DNA of 63,897 bases, filler included, from Rhizaria sp. SCN 62-66 (Eukaryota): assembly GCA_001724265.1 (NCBI GenBank). It is 3 parts of 3 records of this genome, joined end to end, with 100 filler letters (N's around TTAATTAATTAA, not from the genome) between each part and the next. Parts side by side here need not be neighbours in the genome. Positions count along the whole stretch, not along the records: positions 1 to 26,089 come from MEDY01000412.1; 2 more parts are not named here. One strand, given 5' to 3'. This document shows, one piece after another, positions 13,250-23,950 of the stretch (the stretch's first letter is position 1; the number at the start of each line of letters is the position of its first letter). The notes beneath the pieces are model-generated. The model was not told the DNA's origin, ran no database searches, and was given only the letters and a program-made list of their open reading frames with translations. The position numbers and the translations under genes were made by a program.

Positions 13250-14183
13250 GCGTGGGCGCGGGCGTCGCGGCCGTGGCGGCGTGCTGGTTGAAGAGAGACG
13301 CCAGCGCCATGACCTTGCCCTTGCTCCCGCCCGGCGTCGCAGCAGCAGCGCCAGCGCCGGCGGAGCTCGTGCTGCTGGCCGCTGTGTTGCTGCCGTTGTT
13401 GCCCTGCGCGGTGTTGTTGTGCGTGTTGTGCTTGTAAGGCGTGGTCGCGCTGCGCGCGCGCGTCGACGCAGGGTTGCTCGACGGCGGCGACGCCAACATC
13501 AGCGCCGGCGGGGCCAGCGCGGCCGACAGCGCCAGACTGCCCGCCCCGGGACTCGCACCCGCGGCCGCCACACTGTTGTTGTTGTTGTGGTTGCCGCTGA
13601 GGGGCATAGAGAGGGAGCCTGAGCGGGAGCGCGAGGCTGAGCGGGACTGCGCGCGCACGGTCGCCGCCAGCGACGGCGCGACAGTGTAGCCCGAGCTCGA
13701 GCTTGAAGTCGCCATGGTGGCGTTGTTGTTGCTGTTGCTGTGGTGCGGGAGCGGCAGCGGCAGCGCGCCGGCGGGCAGCAGGTCGGCCAGGTCCGGCACA
13801 GTCACCCTGATGTCGCTGCCGTCGCCGTCTTGGTTGTCCTCGTCGTCGGTGTCTGTGTCTGTGACGACAACGTCTTCGTTGAGCGCGCCTGTGTGCACGT
13901 GCACGTGGCCGTCGCCGTCGCCGAACGAGCGCGAGTGCGCCAGCGAGTGGCAGACCTCGGCTTCATCATCGTCGTCGCCATTGCGGACATTTTGGCTGTG
14001 TGCGAGGTGTTTGTTGGCCTGGGCCTCGGCTTCGGCCTGGGCCTCGGCTTCGAAGTCGGGCAGGCTAGGCGCGGGCGCCAGCGCGATGCTGGCGCAGACG
14101 CTGCCGCGCGCAGACATCGACGCCACGGAGGGCTCCGCGCTGGACTGGAGCTCGGCGACCTCGGGCGACGGCGAGTCCGACAT
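6014..14183 (-). CDS. FGD-like Rho guanine-nucleotide exchange factor (DH-PH-FYVE-like), about 2667 aa
   Basis: Exons 14183-10966 and 10799-6014 (intron GTACGC...CCGCAG). DH motifs RELLTSERSY, IGRLMSEFTPYFRVYRLFA and LSSLLIMPIQRLPRYQMLIEQILKHS. PH motifs VHAFLLSDCLLLAK and SFLVTADSPKAKAAWLRDI. Cys pairs CSRC, CAGCDTLLCDGC, CLCPACY. Many PPPLP motifs. TGA stop. Confidence 0.88.
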
Positions 14184-15106
14184 CGGGGGCGCGGCGGGGT
14201 GAGACCGGGCGGCGCAGGGCGCGGGGCGGGGGGCCGGCAGCGAGGGAAGGGCCGGAAGAAGTCCAGGCGGGCTCGGGACCGGGCACAGTCAAGCGAAGGC
14301 TTGATAGGCAACGAAAACGCGAGAAAGGCCTGTCGCAAAGCTGCGGACGCGGCGGGAGGACGCGGGGCGCGGGGCGCGGGACAGGGGAGGTAAGGGAAGG
14401 AGTGCAGAAAAGGAGGTCTTTGCGAAGGACGGACTCTGCGAGAGGTCGGCAGCAAAAATTGAAGGAATTCAGGGTGAAGTTCGAGGCAAATGGGTAAGTT
14501 ATAGGTAGATAAGTGCGTTTAGTTGTAGATGACGGCTTGAATATGCCATAGAAGCACGATCTGGAGAGGCAAGTGCCTGGGGACTGAAGGCGAAGGTCAG
14601 TATCTTGGAGGCGCGCGTCGCATACTAAGCAGTCTCTCGTAGCATGCCACAACAACCGCCGATCCAGGTGGGAAAGAAATTAGGATACACACACGCACAG
14701 AGGAGCTATATTTCTTGATTATTTGCCTATTGCACAACTCTGCAGCGCACAAGGCCTGCTTTCATATCCTCCCTCCCACACTGACTGTGAGCTCAAAGCC
14801 TCGCGCCGACCGCTCGCTGGTCAGTCCACCGCCACATGCAATCCCAGAAAATGCCGGTTCGACCTTCATTGTCGCGATATTTCGGTGGAAAAACAAGGTA
14901 TGACTTAAAAAATGATATGAAGTATACATAAAGAAAAGAATTTGTATATTCTGTGTAAAAAAGTGAGATGGGAATCGCGTATATCACTATAAATTACGAT
15001 GTACGATTTTGCAACGGGGCGAAGTTAGTGAGTAACCGCTGGCATCGTCTCTCAGGGCAGATATCTCTATCTTAAAAACGGCAAGTAAACCAGTCATTAA
15101 GCAATA

Positions 15107-18100
15107 TCACTGCTTGGTGTTAGAGTTGGACGCGCTGCTACCACCAGACAGGTTCAGTTTGAACGAAACGACCCCACTCGAGCCAGCAGCCGCGCCAGCT
15201 GGAGCAGCCGCGGCGACCTTGGCAGGCGTCGCGACAGCGCCCGCGGCGGCCGCGGTGCCTGTGGGGCCAGGGCCACCGAGCTTGAGTGTAAGCACGCCGC
15301 TGCCGCTGCTAGACTTATTGCTGCTGTTGCTGCTGATTCTGGCCGGCAGCCCCAGCGCCAGCGCCAGACCTGCCCCCACGCCGCCCGCGGCGACACCAGT
15401 GACACCCGTGACGCCCGCGACGCCGGCGCCAGTGCTGGAGCCAGCGCTGAGCCCCAGCGCCGCGGCAATGCTGCTGCTGCCCGCGACTCTGGCGGGGGCA
15501 ACGCCGGCCGCGGCGGCAGCATTTCTGGCCGCGGCCACCGCGGTCGCAGAGGTCGCGCCTGCAGCCGCAGCAGGCTTCACAGCACTGCTGCTGCTGCTGC
15601 TGGCGCTGGGCGTGAAGCGGAGCGAGATGAGGCCGCTGGAGGCAACAACGGCGGCGGCCGCGGCGTTGGCGGCCGCGGTAGCGGCGTCGGCCACAAGCGC
15701 CTTCTTCTTCTGCTCGCTCTCGACCTCAGCGGCGGCGGCAGCGGCGGAGGCGGCCTTCTTGGAGACGCGGGGGACCTTGGCCTTGGTCTTGGCCGCAGCG
15801 GGAGCGGCAGCAGTGCCGTCCGCGGCGGCGGTGGCGTCGGCGGCGGCCTTGGCAGCCTTGGACTGGCGGGGCTTCTTCTCCTTCTTCGCTCCCTCAGCCG
15901 CCGCCGCCGCAGCAGCAGCAGTGCCGTCGGTCTTGGCAGCGGGGCTCTTGGCCTTCTTTGCTTTGGGCTTCGCTTCCTTCGCAGAGGCAGCCTTGGCCGT
16001 CTTAGCTTTGTCGTCCCCGTCAGCGGCCGTAGACTTCGCCTTCGCCTTGGTCTCAGCCTTGCTCTTGCTCTTGCTCTTGTTCTTGCTGTCGGCGTCCGAG
16101 TCCGAGTCCGAGCTGGAGCTGGAGCTAGAGCTGGAGCTAGAGCTGCTCGAGCTCGAGTCCGAGTCGGAGCTAGAGCTAGATCCAGAGCTCGAGCTCGATG
16201 AGCTTGAACTGCTGCTACTCGAGCTGCTGCTGCTGGAGCTGCTGCTGGAGTTGGAATCGTCGCGCCGCGCTTTGTTCTTGGCGATCACCGCCGCGGCCGC
16301 GGCGGCGACCTTGCCCTTGGCCTTGGCCCTGCCCTTGCCCTTGCCGCTGCCGCCGCCGTCATCGTCGTCGCTACCCAGTGCGATGTCCACGATAGACTTA
16401 ACCGCGCCCTCGCCGCGGCGGCTGCGCTTGGCGTCGCCGCCAACGGCCTCAGAGGGCGTGCTTTCAGGTGCATTCGCACTCGTTGTCGCGGCGGCAGCGA
16501 GCGCGGCGGTGGCGGCGGCAGGGGCGGCTGTGGGGGCGGGGCGCTTGCCGCGAACGCTGCTTGCAGTCGCGGTAGCAGGAACAGCAATCTCAGTCTTGGC
16601 CTTGGCGTCAGCAGCACTCGCAGCAACGGCGGCAGCAGTCTTTGCAGGAGCAGCAGCAGCAGCCTTGACTGGAGCAGCAGCAGCGGCAGGAACCGTTGCC
16701 GTTTTCTGACTGGCACTGTCCCGCTCCTCCTCCTCGTCGTCATCGTCGTCGTCGAGAATGACACGGCGCTTGCGCACTGCACCCGCAGCGGCGCTCTTGC
16801 CCACATCGTCGTCGTCGCTGTCGTCGCGCATGCCCTTGCTCGCGCTCGACCCTGCGGCCGCGGCCTCAGCGGCGGCGTGTTTGCTGTCGCGCGCGCGCGC
16901 CCGCTCCTGCCGGCGCGCCTTGGTGCGCGCGCTCACGATCGCGGCCAGGTCGGTCGCGCCCGCCGCGCCGGTGTGCACCACCGCCTGCCCGCTCACGCCC
17001 ACGCTCGCCGGGGCACTGACGCTCGGAGCGGCGGCGGCGGCGGCGGCGGAGTCGTCGTCAGAGTCGAAGTCAGCGAAAATGTCGTCGTCGTCATCATCGT
17101 CGTTGGCCAGGTTGCTGGCGCCGGCGCTCGCCAGGAGGCCCTTGAGGGCCGTAGTGTTGGCGGTCGTATTCATGTTCGCAGTGCTGCTGCTGATGCTGCT
17201 GGCAATGCCAATGCTGGCGCTGGCGCTGGTGACCTTGGGCGGACGGCCAGCCGCCGCGGAGGCGCTTCGACTGTCAGCGTACGTAGGGACAGGTAAGGGG
17301 GTGAGCATCGAGGCGAGGGCTGAGTCGAACTTATCTCTCCACGATGCGCTCGCATCAGCGGCACCCTCAGTCGCCGTCACCGTCGCCGTCGCAGCGGCGG
17401 TGGCAGTGGCGGTGGCGATGACGGGTGGCAGCGGCAGCGCGCTGGTCCAAGCGCTCACAGCAGCGGCGACGCTGCTTTTCTTGTCGATGTCGCTGCCAGC
17501 CGTGGCCGCGATGAGTGTGGCGGGCAGCGCAGCAAGCGCAGCGGCCGCAGCAGTCGCCAGACCGGTGAAGTGCCTGGCGCTGGTGCTGGTGCTGGCACTG
17601 CTGGCTTCACTCTTGACCGCAGCGGCAACAACGCTCTTGCTCTTGCTCTCACTGCTCGACTTGGCGCTCTCCGAGTCCGACTCGTCAAACAGGTCGTCGA
17701 AAAGGTCGCTCACCCGCTCGGCCGTGGTCTTGGCCGCATCGTCGCCGCCGCCGCTGGTGACCAGAGAGAGGCCACCCAGACCGGCGGCGCCGCCCGCGGC
17801 GAGCAGAGGCGCGAGCGAGGGCCACACGCGACGCATGTCGACCACGACGCCGCTGGCGCTGGCGCTGCCTGTCACAGGAGCGACACCGACTGGGTTGACG
17901 CTCATGGTGGAGCTAGTAAGCGCGAGTGCGCGCGCGCGCGACAGGAACTCGAGGGCGATGAGCGCGATCGAGCACGAGAACGGGTCCGCGCTCTCACTGA
18001 CACTGACACTGTCACTTTCGCCGTCAGCGCTTGCGCTCGTACTCGCGGCGTTAGCGTCGGCGTCACTGTCAGAGTCGGACAGACAGGCGGACACGAGGCA

Positions 18101-21100
18101 GGTGACCTGCGGCAGCGCCAGGCCCTGCCACCACTCGTTGCCCAAAGGCACAGTCACGTTCTCCGCCTCGCTGGCACTGGCACTGGCCAGCGCGGCGGCG
18201 GCGACAGCGGCGACGGCGGACAGCGGCGCAGCGACGGCGCGCCGCAGCCACTGCAGCCACAGCCCCTTGGTCCGCGACGCTGCAGTCTTGGACTCAGCGC
18301 CCGTGTGTGCGAGTGCGAGCGCAAGGGCGAGAGCGGGCGCGAGCAGCAGCGCCTGGCTGGGGTGCGGCGTCGTCAACACGGCCGCCACGGCGGGCGCGGT
18401 GAACAGCGCCAGCAGCGCCGGCGCCGCGGGGGCTGCCGCGGCCGCCAGCGCCGTCACCGCACAGAGGCCCTTGCCCTTGCCTTTGCTCTCGCTCTCGCTG
18501 GCTGCGGCGGTTGCGGCGGCGGCGGGGAGCAGGAGGTTGAGGAAGAAGCTGGCGAGCGCGGCGCGCAGCGCCGTGGGGTGGAGCAGGTCTGCCACAGCGG
18601 CCAGCTCGGTCGCCGCGGCCTCAAGTCCACACGCGCGCGCGACGACGGCGGCCACGTCCTGCCCAGTGCTGCTGCTGCTGCTCGTAGCACTGCTGCTGCG
18701 GGCGTGCGCGAAGACGGGCGCGGGCGACCAGGGCGAGACGGGGGGCGGCGTGAGCAATGTCACGTCCGCGGTGCTTAGACCGCCACGCACACCCGGCGAT
18801 GCCGACGCCGATGCAGCAGCGCCGCCGCTGGTAGCAGCGTGGAGCGGGTGGCACCTGCACACGCAGCCGGTGATGACGGTGGGCACGGCGGCCTTGCGCG
18901 CGGCGGCGGCGGCGGCGGCGAGCGCGGCGGACGAGGGCCCTGCGCCGGTGCCGGCGTTGGCGGCGTTGCTGACGGCCACGGGGGTGAGCGCAGAGCTCGC
19001 CATCGGCCGCAAGAAGGACATCGTGCTCGTGGGCGCGGGCCGCGCACCTGCGCCGGCGGGAAGAGGAGCGGCGGGAGCGCCAGAGGCGGGCTTGGCGGCG
19101 CTGACGCTAGCGGGGTACTCGTACTTGACTCGGTCGAACAGCAGCCCCTCGCTGTTGCCCGCGACACCGCTGCCGCGGCAGTCGCACTGCGCGCAGTCGT
19201 CGTCACTCGCCTCGCTCTTGACCGCGCCCCGAACGGCGCTGTCCGCGTGTAAGTGGGGATCTAAGTAGAGCAGCGCGACGCACACGTGCACGGCCTGCAG
19301 TAACGCGACGCTCACGCCGCCGCTCTTGTCTGTCGCGCCTACAACGCCCGCAGTCGCGCTCGCGCCCGCAGCGGCGGCGCTGCCAACGGTCTCGGTCTTG
19401 ACGTTGGCGCTGGAAGCAGATGTGCCGCTGCTGTTGCTGCAGTCGGCCTCGAGCCAGGCGAGCACGCGCTCAATGACGGCAACGCCGCCGCTGGCCCTGA
19501 TCGCACTGGCGCTGACATTGGCGCTGGTACTGCTGTCTCTGAGGGCGGTGTGGGGGGCTGTCGCGGCCTCGGCAGCCGCGGTGCCCGAGCCGATGAGACG
19601 TAACAGCCACACATCGCTGCCGACGCCGCTGCTGGCACTGCCGCTGACAGGGGCGTTGAGACCGGCTCCGCGCCGCGCCGCCGCCGCAGCCGCTGCGGCC
19701 ACGAAGCTGCTCACATCAACGCCTGCAGCGTCCGAGTTCTCGGCGTTGATGACATGCGCGGCGGCGTTAGCGGTGGCGGCCGAGAGGCGCTTTTCGCTCC
19801 ACACCTTGTCCCAGGCACTTATACTGAGAGTCCTTACACCAGGGCTGATGTTGGCGCCGGTAGAGCCGGCCGAGGCGGCGCTGGCCGAGGCGGCGGCGGA
19901 GATGGCCTTGTTGGACACCAGCATCGCGCTCCGCAGCCGCGCGCGCGCCACGGACAGCGCGCTGCTCACGGTCACCGAGGACGCCGCCGCAGCGTTCGCG
20001 GCGGTCAACCCACCCAGCACGGACTCACCGGCACCAGCGCCAGCGCCAGCGGCCAGTGCAGCCGCCACGGCGTCTGCGGCGGCTTCGTCGAGCTCGAGCG
20101 CAGTGGCCGCCTCGGCTGCGGCCTCCGCCGCCTCGGCGCGCCCGCCCGCGCCCGCGACGGCGGCGACAGTGGCCGCGGCGGCGAGGAGCACCGCGCGGAC
20201 CTCCCCGGCGAGCGCGGGCGCGGCGCGGCCGGCGCGCGCGGCGACGCGCAGCAACAGCAGCGGCGCGGCGCGCGGGACGAGCGCGCGCGCCTGGTACAGC
20301 TGCGGCGTCGCGACCGCGCCGCGCAGCCAGCGCAGCGCCAGCGCACACAGCGCCGGGTGCCACAGGTGCGCCTCGACCGCGGCCACGGTCGCCGCCGGGG
20401 ACAGCAGCAGCCACAGCGGCAGCCCGCTGCGCGCGCTCGCGGCCGTCGCGGCAGCCGTCGCGGCGGAGGCGGCGCCAGCGCTGCCCGTGCCGTTGTGGCT
20501 ATTATTGTTGTTGTTGTCGCCGCGGAGCGTCGCCGCGAGCGAGGTGATGCTGTCCTGCAGGGCGATGAAGAGCGGGCAGCGCGCGACAAAGCCCACGCCG
20601 ACACCGGGCACCGCGGACGTGGCCACAGCGCCGCCAGGAGCGCTGTCCGCGCTCGCGCTGACGCCAGCGCTGACGCTAGCGCTAACGTCGGTGTCGATGT
20701 CGGTGAGGAGGCAGCCCTCGCCCTTGTCAACGCGCACGGCCGCGAGCGCGAGCAGAGCCACTGCGCGCGCGCGCGCGGGGCCTTGCGGCGCGGCGGCGGC
20801 CGCGGCGGCGACGGCGGCGGGAGAGGGGCCCGCAGGCGCGAGCGCGGTGGTCAGTGCGCGCGTGACAGCTGGCAGCCGTAGTAACGAGACGGGGGGGCAC
20901 CGCGCCAGCGCCTGGCGCCACGACGATACGCGCGCAGCCGCGACCGCAGCCGCACTGCTGCTGTTGGAGCCGCTGCTGCCGAACGTCTCGCTAGGCGCGT
21001 GCGGGGAGCGGGCCCACTCGATGAGCGGCCCGTAGGCGTTGGCGAGGTCGGCCAGCTGCACCAGAGAAAGCTCGCGACCCACAAGCGCGGGCCCGCTCAT

Positions 21101-23950
21101 GACGCCGCCCGCGGGCACCAGCGCGCCGAGGCCGCCGCCCGCGCCCGTGGCGGCGGATGCGGCGGTCGCGGCGGCGGCCGCGGTGGCGGTGGCGGCGGAG
21201 GCCGCCTTGGCGATGGTCGCCGCGAAGAGCGCGGGCGAAAACAGCGCTAGCGGCGGCAGCACGCAGACTGTTCGGCTGCCACGGCCGCAGCCGACGCTGA
21301 CAATCGCGCTGCTGCCGCCGCTAGCGCCCGCGGCGGCGCCCGCGCTCGCGGCGCCCGCATTGGCGGCGGTGGGGTTGAGGTTGCTCACGACCAGCGCGGC
21401 GTTCAGAGGCAGCGAGGCCGTCGCAGCGACCGAGCCCGCAGCGGCCGTGTCGGCCACGGCGGCCTCGGCCAGCAGCAGCGACAGCGCCGCGGGACCCGCG
21501 AGCGCGGCCGACGAGGCCGCCGCGGCCGCCACGGCGTCCAGGTCCAAGGAGGTGTTGAAAGAAGCGCTGCCGTCGGAGGGGGCGTTTTGCGCAACAATCG
21601 CAGGCGGGGCCCAGGCACCCGAGGCGGCCTGACTTTTGTACAGGTCGCCAACTAACGCAATGCGCGCAGCGTTCGCAACCACTCTGGCGCTATCAACTGC
21701 CGCGCTCTCGTCCCTGGCGTCACCGGCGCCACTCTGGGCCGCGGCGGTGCAGGGCAGCGTCAGCGAGCACGCCGCGGCCGCGTTGGCCGCGGCCGAGGCC
21801 GCCACAGCCGCGGCGGCCTCGGCGGCGGCGACGTCCGCGGCCACGGGCGCCGCGGTGTGCGTGAGCGTGGCCAGCACCGTCACCGGAACCGGGACCGTCA
21901 CCGCGTCCTTCTCCCCAGCAGCAGCCGCAGCAGCCGCCGCAGCAGCGCTGGCGGCGGCGTCGCCGTCAAGGGGACTGGGGAGCGCGAGCCTGCGCGTGTA
22001 CGCACAGGCGGCGGTGTGGAGGCGCGTGACGTCCTCGAGCGGCAGGTGGCTGACCGCGGCGGCGCCCGCGGTGGTCCCCAGCAGCCACTGCGCCAGCCCG
22101 CGCAGCACGCCGCACAGCGCCGCCGCGCCCGCCGCCACGTCACCCGCACTCGCACCACAGCAGCAGCTGCTGCTGCTGCTGCAGTCACGGGCCGGAGCGG
22201 AGGAGACAGCGGTGTGCTCTGCCTTGTCGGCGAGCAGCGAGAGCAGGTGCACGACGCTGGCGAAAGCGGCCTGCGAGGTCGCGGCGACGCGGGCAATGAC
22301 GCCCACAGCCGCCGCGGCGCGCGCGTCCCAGCCTCGCGCGCGCACTGCCAGCAGCGCCGCCGACGTTGCCGCCGTGCCCTCGTCGCCCATCGTACCGAGG
22401 CGGGGGCCCGCAGCGAGGCGCGCGCGGTGCGCGCCCGCGTGGCGCATCGAGGTGAGCAGCGTCTCCAGCGCGGCGCGCACGGCCGCGGCGACTCCCGGCA
22501 GCGACTGCAGCGTGAAGCGCAGCGCGCCGGCCGCGAGCGCGGCGGGCAGCGCGGGCAGCGAAGGCACCGTGGCCGCGGCCGCTGCGGGCGCGGAGACCAG
22601 CAGACAGCTGCTGGCGCTGGCGCTTGCAACCGCGCCGTCGGAGGTGCCCGCCGTTGCTGCGGCTGCTACTGCAGCTGCTGCATAGGCGGCGGCGGCGGAG
22701 GACAGCGACCAGGGCGCGGTGAGCGAGAAGGACTGCGCGCTGACGGCGGCGCCGGTTCTCAGGGCGGGGCCGCTGCTGCTGAACACTGTGACGCCAGCTC
22801 TCGCGCCGCCGTCGCCGGCCTCGGCGCCGGGCAGCGCGCCGCCGCCGCCGAGGCTGCTGCTGGCGGCGGCGCCAAGGGCCGTGAGTGCGGCCTCGGCGTC
22901 GTCGGCGGTCTGCTGCGCGCGGCGCGCCAGCGAGGACACGACGAAGGACTGCGCGTCGCTCTCGCCCAGCAGCAAGAAGGTGGGCGCCCACGAGGGGTCC
23001 GCCACCAGCACGTCCACGCTGTGCAGCGCCGCGCGCAGGGTCAGTCCGCCGTGGAAGGCCAGCGAGGACGTTGCCGCTGACGACGACGAGGATGAGGTTG
23101 AGGTTAAGCCACTGCCGCCGGTTCCGTTTGTGATTGAAGCGAGGCCGCCGCCGAGGAGCGGGAGCTCTGCATCCAGTTCGCGGTCCAGGGCAGACTTGGC
23201 GCTGGGGCCGCCGGACTGTGAGCTCGCGCTGACACTGGCGCCGGCACTTGTCTCGAGGTCAGAGTCGACGTCGTCCGTCATCGCCTTCGCTTTCCCACCG
23301 CTACTGCTGCTGCTGCTGCTGCTGCCGCTGGGACTGGAGGCGTCGCCGTCCGCGCTGTGGCCATGTGCGGCGTCAAGCTCGAACTGGTCGGCGAGCGCGG
23401 CGAGCGCCTCCACGCCGAGCTCGTCGAGCGGGGTCTCGAGCAGCACGGGCGGGCAGTTCGACAGCAGCAGGTCGAGCCGCGCGCCGTCGCAGCGCGCTAT
23501 ACACAGTGCACGCAGGAACTGGCTCGCCGCGGCGTACGCCGGACGCTTCTCGGCGTCGATAGCATTGCTAGCACTCGCATCCGCAGTCGGGGCTTCGTCG
23601 CCCATCGCGGCCCCGGCAGCGGCAGCACTCTGACTCTCTGTTGTGCTTTTGGTTGCGTTTGTGGCGTTGGTTGGTTCGGCGCCGAGCGCGATGTCGAGCC
23701 AGTCCATGGCAAGCGCGCACATTTGTGGGTAGCCAACATAGCCCGTTGCCAGCGCGCGCGCCGCCGCCTGCGCCATCTCGCTCTCCGCCGCACCGCCGCT
23801 GCTACTTGCGACGAGGGCGGAGACGTACTTAGGCACGGAGGGGTCGGCGAGGGCGTCCGGCAGCGACAAGCGCGCGAGCGCGGGCGCGGGAAGAACGGAA
23901 AAAGCGGCGGCGCCCCCAGGACCGCTGCCGGGAGCAGCAAAGGCGCTCAT
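15107..23950 (-). CDS. NELFCD: NELF-C/D (TH1-like) homologue expanded to about 2947 aa by low-complexity insertions
   Basis: Intronless ORF with blocks collinear to TH1/NELF-D as I recall it: ALATGYVGYPQMCALAMDWL, FLRALCIARCDGARLDLL, LVADPSWAPTFLLLGE, PPVSLLRLPAVTRALTTAL, HPALCALALRWLRGAVATPQLY. Lys/Ser/acidic C-terminal tail. TGA stop. Confidence 0.7.
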   Translation of the reverse strand: MSAFAAPGSGPGGAAAFSVLPAPALARLSLPDALADPSVPKYVSALVASSSGGAAESEMAQAAARALATGYVGYPQMCALAMDWLDIALGAEPTNATNATKSTTESQSAAAAGAAMGDEAPTADASASNAIDAEKRPAYAAASQFLRALCIARCDGARLDLLLSNCPPVLLETPLDELGVEALAALADQFELDAAHGHSADGDASSPSGSSSSSSSSGGKAKAMTDDVDSDLETSAGASVSASSQSGGPSAKSALDRELDAELPLLGGGLASITNGTGGSGLTSTSSSSSSAATSSLAFHGGLTLRAALHSVDVLVADPSWAPTFLLLGESDAQSFVVSSLARRAQQTADDAEAALTALGAAASSSLGGGGALPGAEAGDGGARAGVTVFSSSGPALRTGAAVSAQSFSLTAPWSLSSAAAAYAAAAVAAAATAGTSDGAVASASASSCLLVSAPAAAAATVPSLPALPAALAAGALRFTLQSLPGVAAAVRAALETLLTSMRHAGAHRARLAAGPRLGTMGDEGTAATSAALLAVRARGWDARAAAAVGVIARVAATSQAAFASVVHLLSLLADKAEHTAVSSAPARDCSSSSSCCCGASAGDVAAGAAALCGVLRGLAQWLLGTTAGAAAVSHLPLEDVTRLHTAACAYTRRLALPSPLDGDAAASAAAAAAAAAAGEKDAVTVPVPVTVLATLTHTAAPVAADVAAAEAAAAVAASAAANAAAACSLTLPCTAAAQSGAGDARDESAAVDSARVVANAARIALVGDLYKSQAASGAWAPPAIVAQNAPSDGSASFNTSLDLDAVAAAAASSAALAGPAALSLLLAEAAVADTAAAGSVAATASLPLNAALVVSNLNPTAANAGAASAGAAAGASGGSSAIVSVGCGRGSRTVCVLPPLALFSPALFAATIAKAASAATATAAAAATAASAATGAGGGLGALVPAGGVMSGPALVGRELSLVQLADLANAYGPLIEWARSPHAPSETFGSSGSNSSSAAAVAAARVSSWRQALARCPPVSLLRLPAVTRALTTALAPAGPSPAAVAAAAAAAPQGPARARAVALLALAAVRVDKGEGCLLTDIDTDVSASVSAGVSASADSAPGGAVATSAVPGVGVGFVARCPLFIALQDSITSLAATLRGDNNNNNSHNGTGSAGAASAATAAATAASARSGLPLWLLLSPAATVAAVEAHLWHPALCALALRWLRGAVATPQLYQARALVPRAAPLLLLRVAARAGRAAPALAGEVRAVLLAAAATVAAVAGAGGRAEAAEAAAEAATALELDEAAADAVAAALAAGAGAGAGESVLGGLTAANAAAASSVTVSSALSVARARLRSAMLVSNKAISAAASASAASAGSTGANISPGVRTLSISAWDKVWSEKRLSAATANAAAHVINAENSDAAGVDVSSFVAAAAAAAARRGAGLNAPVSGSASSGVGSDVWLLRLIGSGTAAAEAATAPHTALRDSSTSANVSASAIRASGGVAVIERVLAWLEADCSNSSGTSASSANVKTETVGSAAAAGASATAGVVGATDKSGGVSVALLQAVHVCVALLYLDPHLHADSAVRGAVKSEASDDDCAQCDCRGSGVAGNSEGLLFDRVKYEYPASVSAAKPASGAPAAPLPAGAGARPAPTSTMSFLRPMASSALTPVAVSNAANAGTGAGPSSAALAAAAAAARKAAVPTVITGCVCRCHPLHAATSGGAAASASASPGVRGGLSTADVTLLTPPPVSPWSPAPVFAHARSSSATSSSSSTGQDVAAVVARACGLEAAATELAAVADLLHPTALRAALASFFLNLLLPAAAATAAASESESKGKGKGLCAVTALAAAAAPAAPALLALFTAPAVAAVLTTPHPSQALLLAPALALALALAHTGAESKTAASRTKGLWLQWLRRAVAAPLSAVAAVAAAALASASASEAENVTVPLGNEWWQGLALPQVTCLVSACLSDSDSDADANAASTSASADGESDSVSVSESADPFSCSIALIALEFLSRARALALTSSTMSVNPVGVAPVTGSASASGVVVDMRRVWPSLAPLLAAGGAAGLGGLSLVTSGGGDDAAKTTAERVSDLFDDLFDESDSESAKSSSESKSKSVVAAAVKSEASSASTSTSARHFTGLATAAAAALAALPATLIAATAGSDIDKKSSVAAAVSAWTSALPLPPVIATATATAAATATVTATEGAADASASWRDKFDSALASMLTPLPVPTYADSRSASAAAGRPPKVTSASASIGIASSISSSTANMNTTANTTALKGLLASAGASNLANDDDDDDDIFADFDSDDDSAAAAAAAPSVSAPASVGVSGQAVVHTGAAGATDLAAIVSARTKARRQERARARDSKHAAAEAAAAGSSASKGMRDDSDDDDVGKSAAAGAVRKRRVILDDDDDDEEEERDSASQKTATVPAAAAAPVKAAAAAPAKTAAAVAASAADAKAKTEIAVPATATASSVRGKRPAPTAAPAAATAALAAAATTSANAPESTPSEAVGGDAKRSRRGEGAVKSIVDIALGSDDDDGGGSGKGKGRAKAKGKVAAAAAAVIAKNKARRDDSNSSSSSSSSSSSSSSSSSSSSSSGSSSSSDSDSSSSSSSSSSSSSSSSDSDSDADSKNKSKSKSKAETKAKAKSTAADGDDKAKTAKAASAKEAKPKAKKAKSPAAKTDGTAAAAAAAAEGAKKEKKPRQSKAAKAAADATAAADGTAAAPAAAKTKAKVPRVSKKAASAAAAAAEVESEQKKKALVADAATAAANAAAAAVVASSGLISLRFTPSASSSSSSAVKPAAAAGATSATAVAAARNAAAAAGVAPARVAGSSSIAAALGLSAGSSTGAGVAGVTGVTGVAAGGVGAGLALALGLPARISSNSSNKSSSGSGVLTLKLGGPGPTGTAAAAGAVATPAKVAAAAPAGAAAGSSGVVSFKLNLSGGSSASNSNTKQ

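Noticed and set aside
15114-23633. Long plus-strand ORFs (531, 836, 569 aa etc.) antisense to NELF-C/D, and similar overlapping ORFs across the GC-rich genes
   Set aside because: Shadow ORFs caused by high GC and repetitive codons; poly-Leu/Ala/Arg translations with no motifs.
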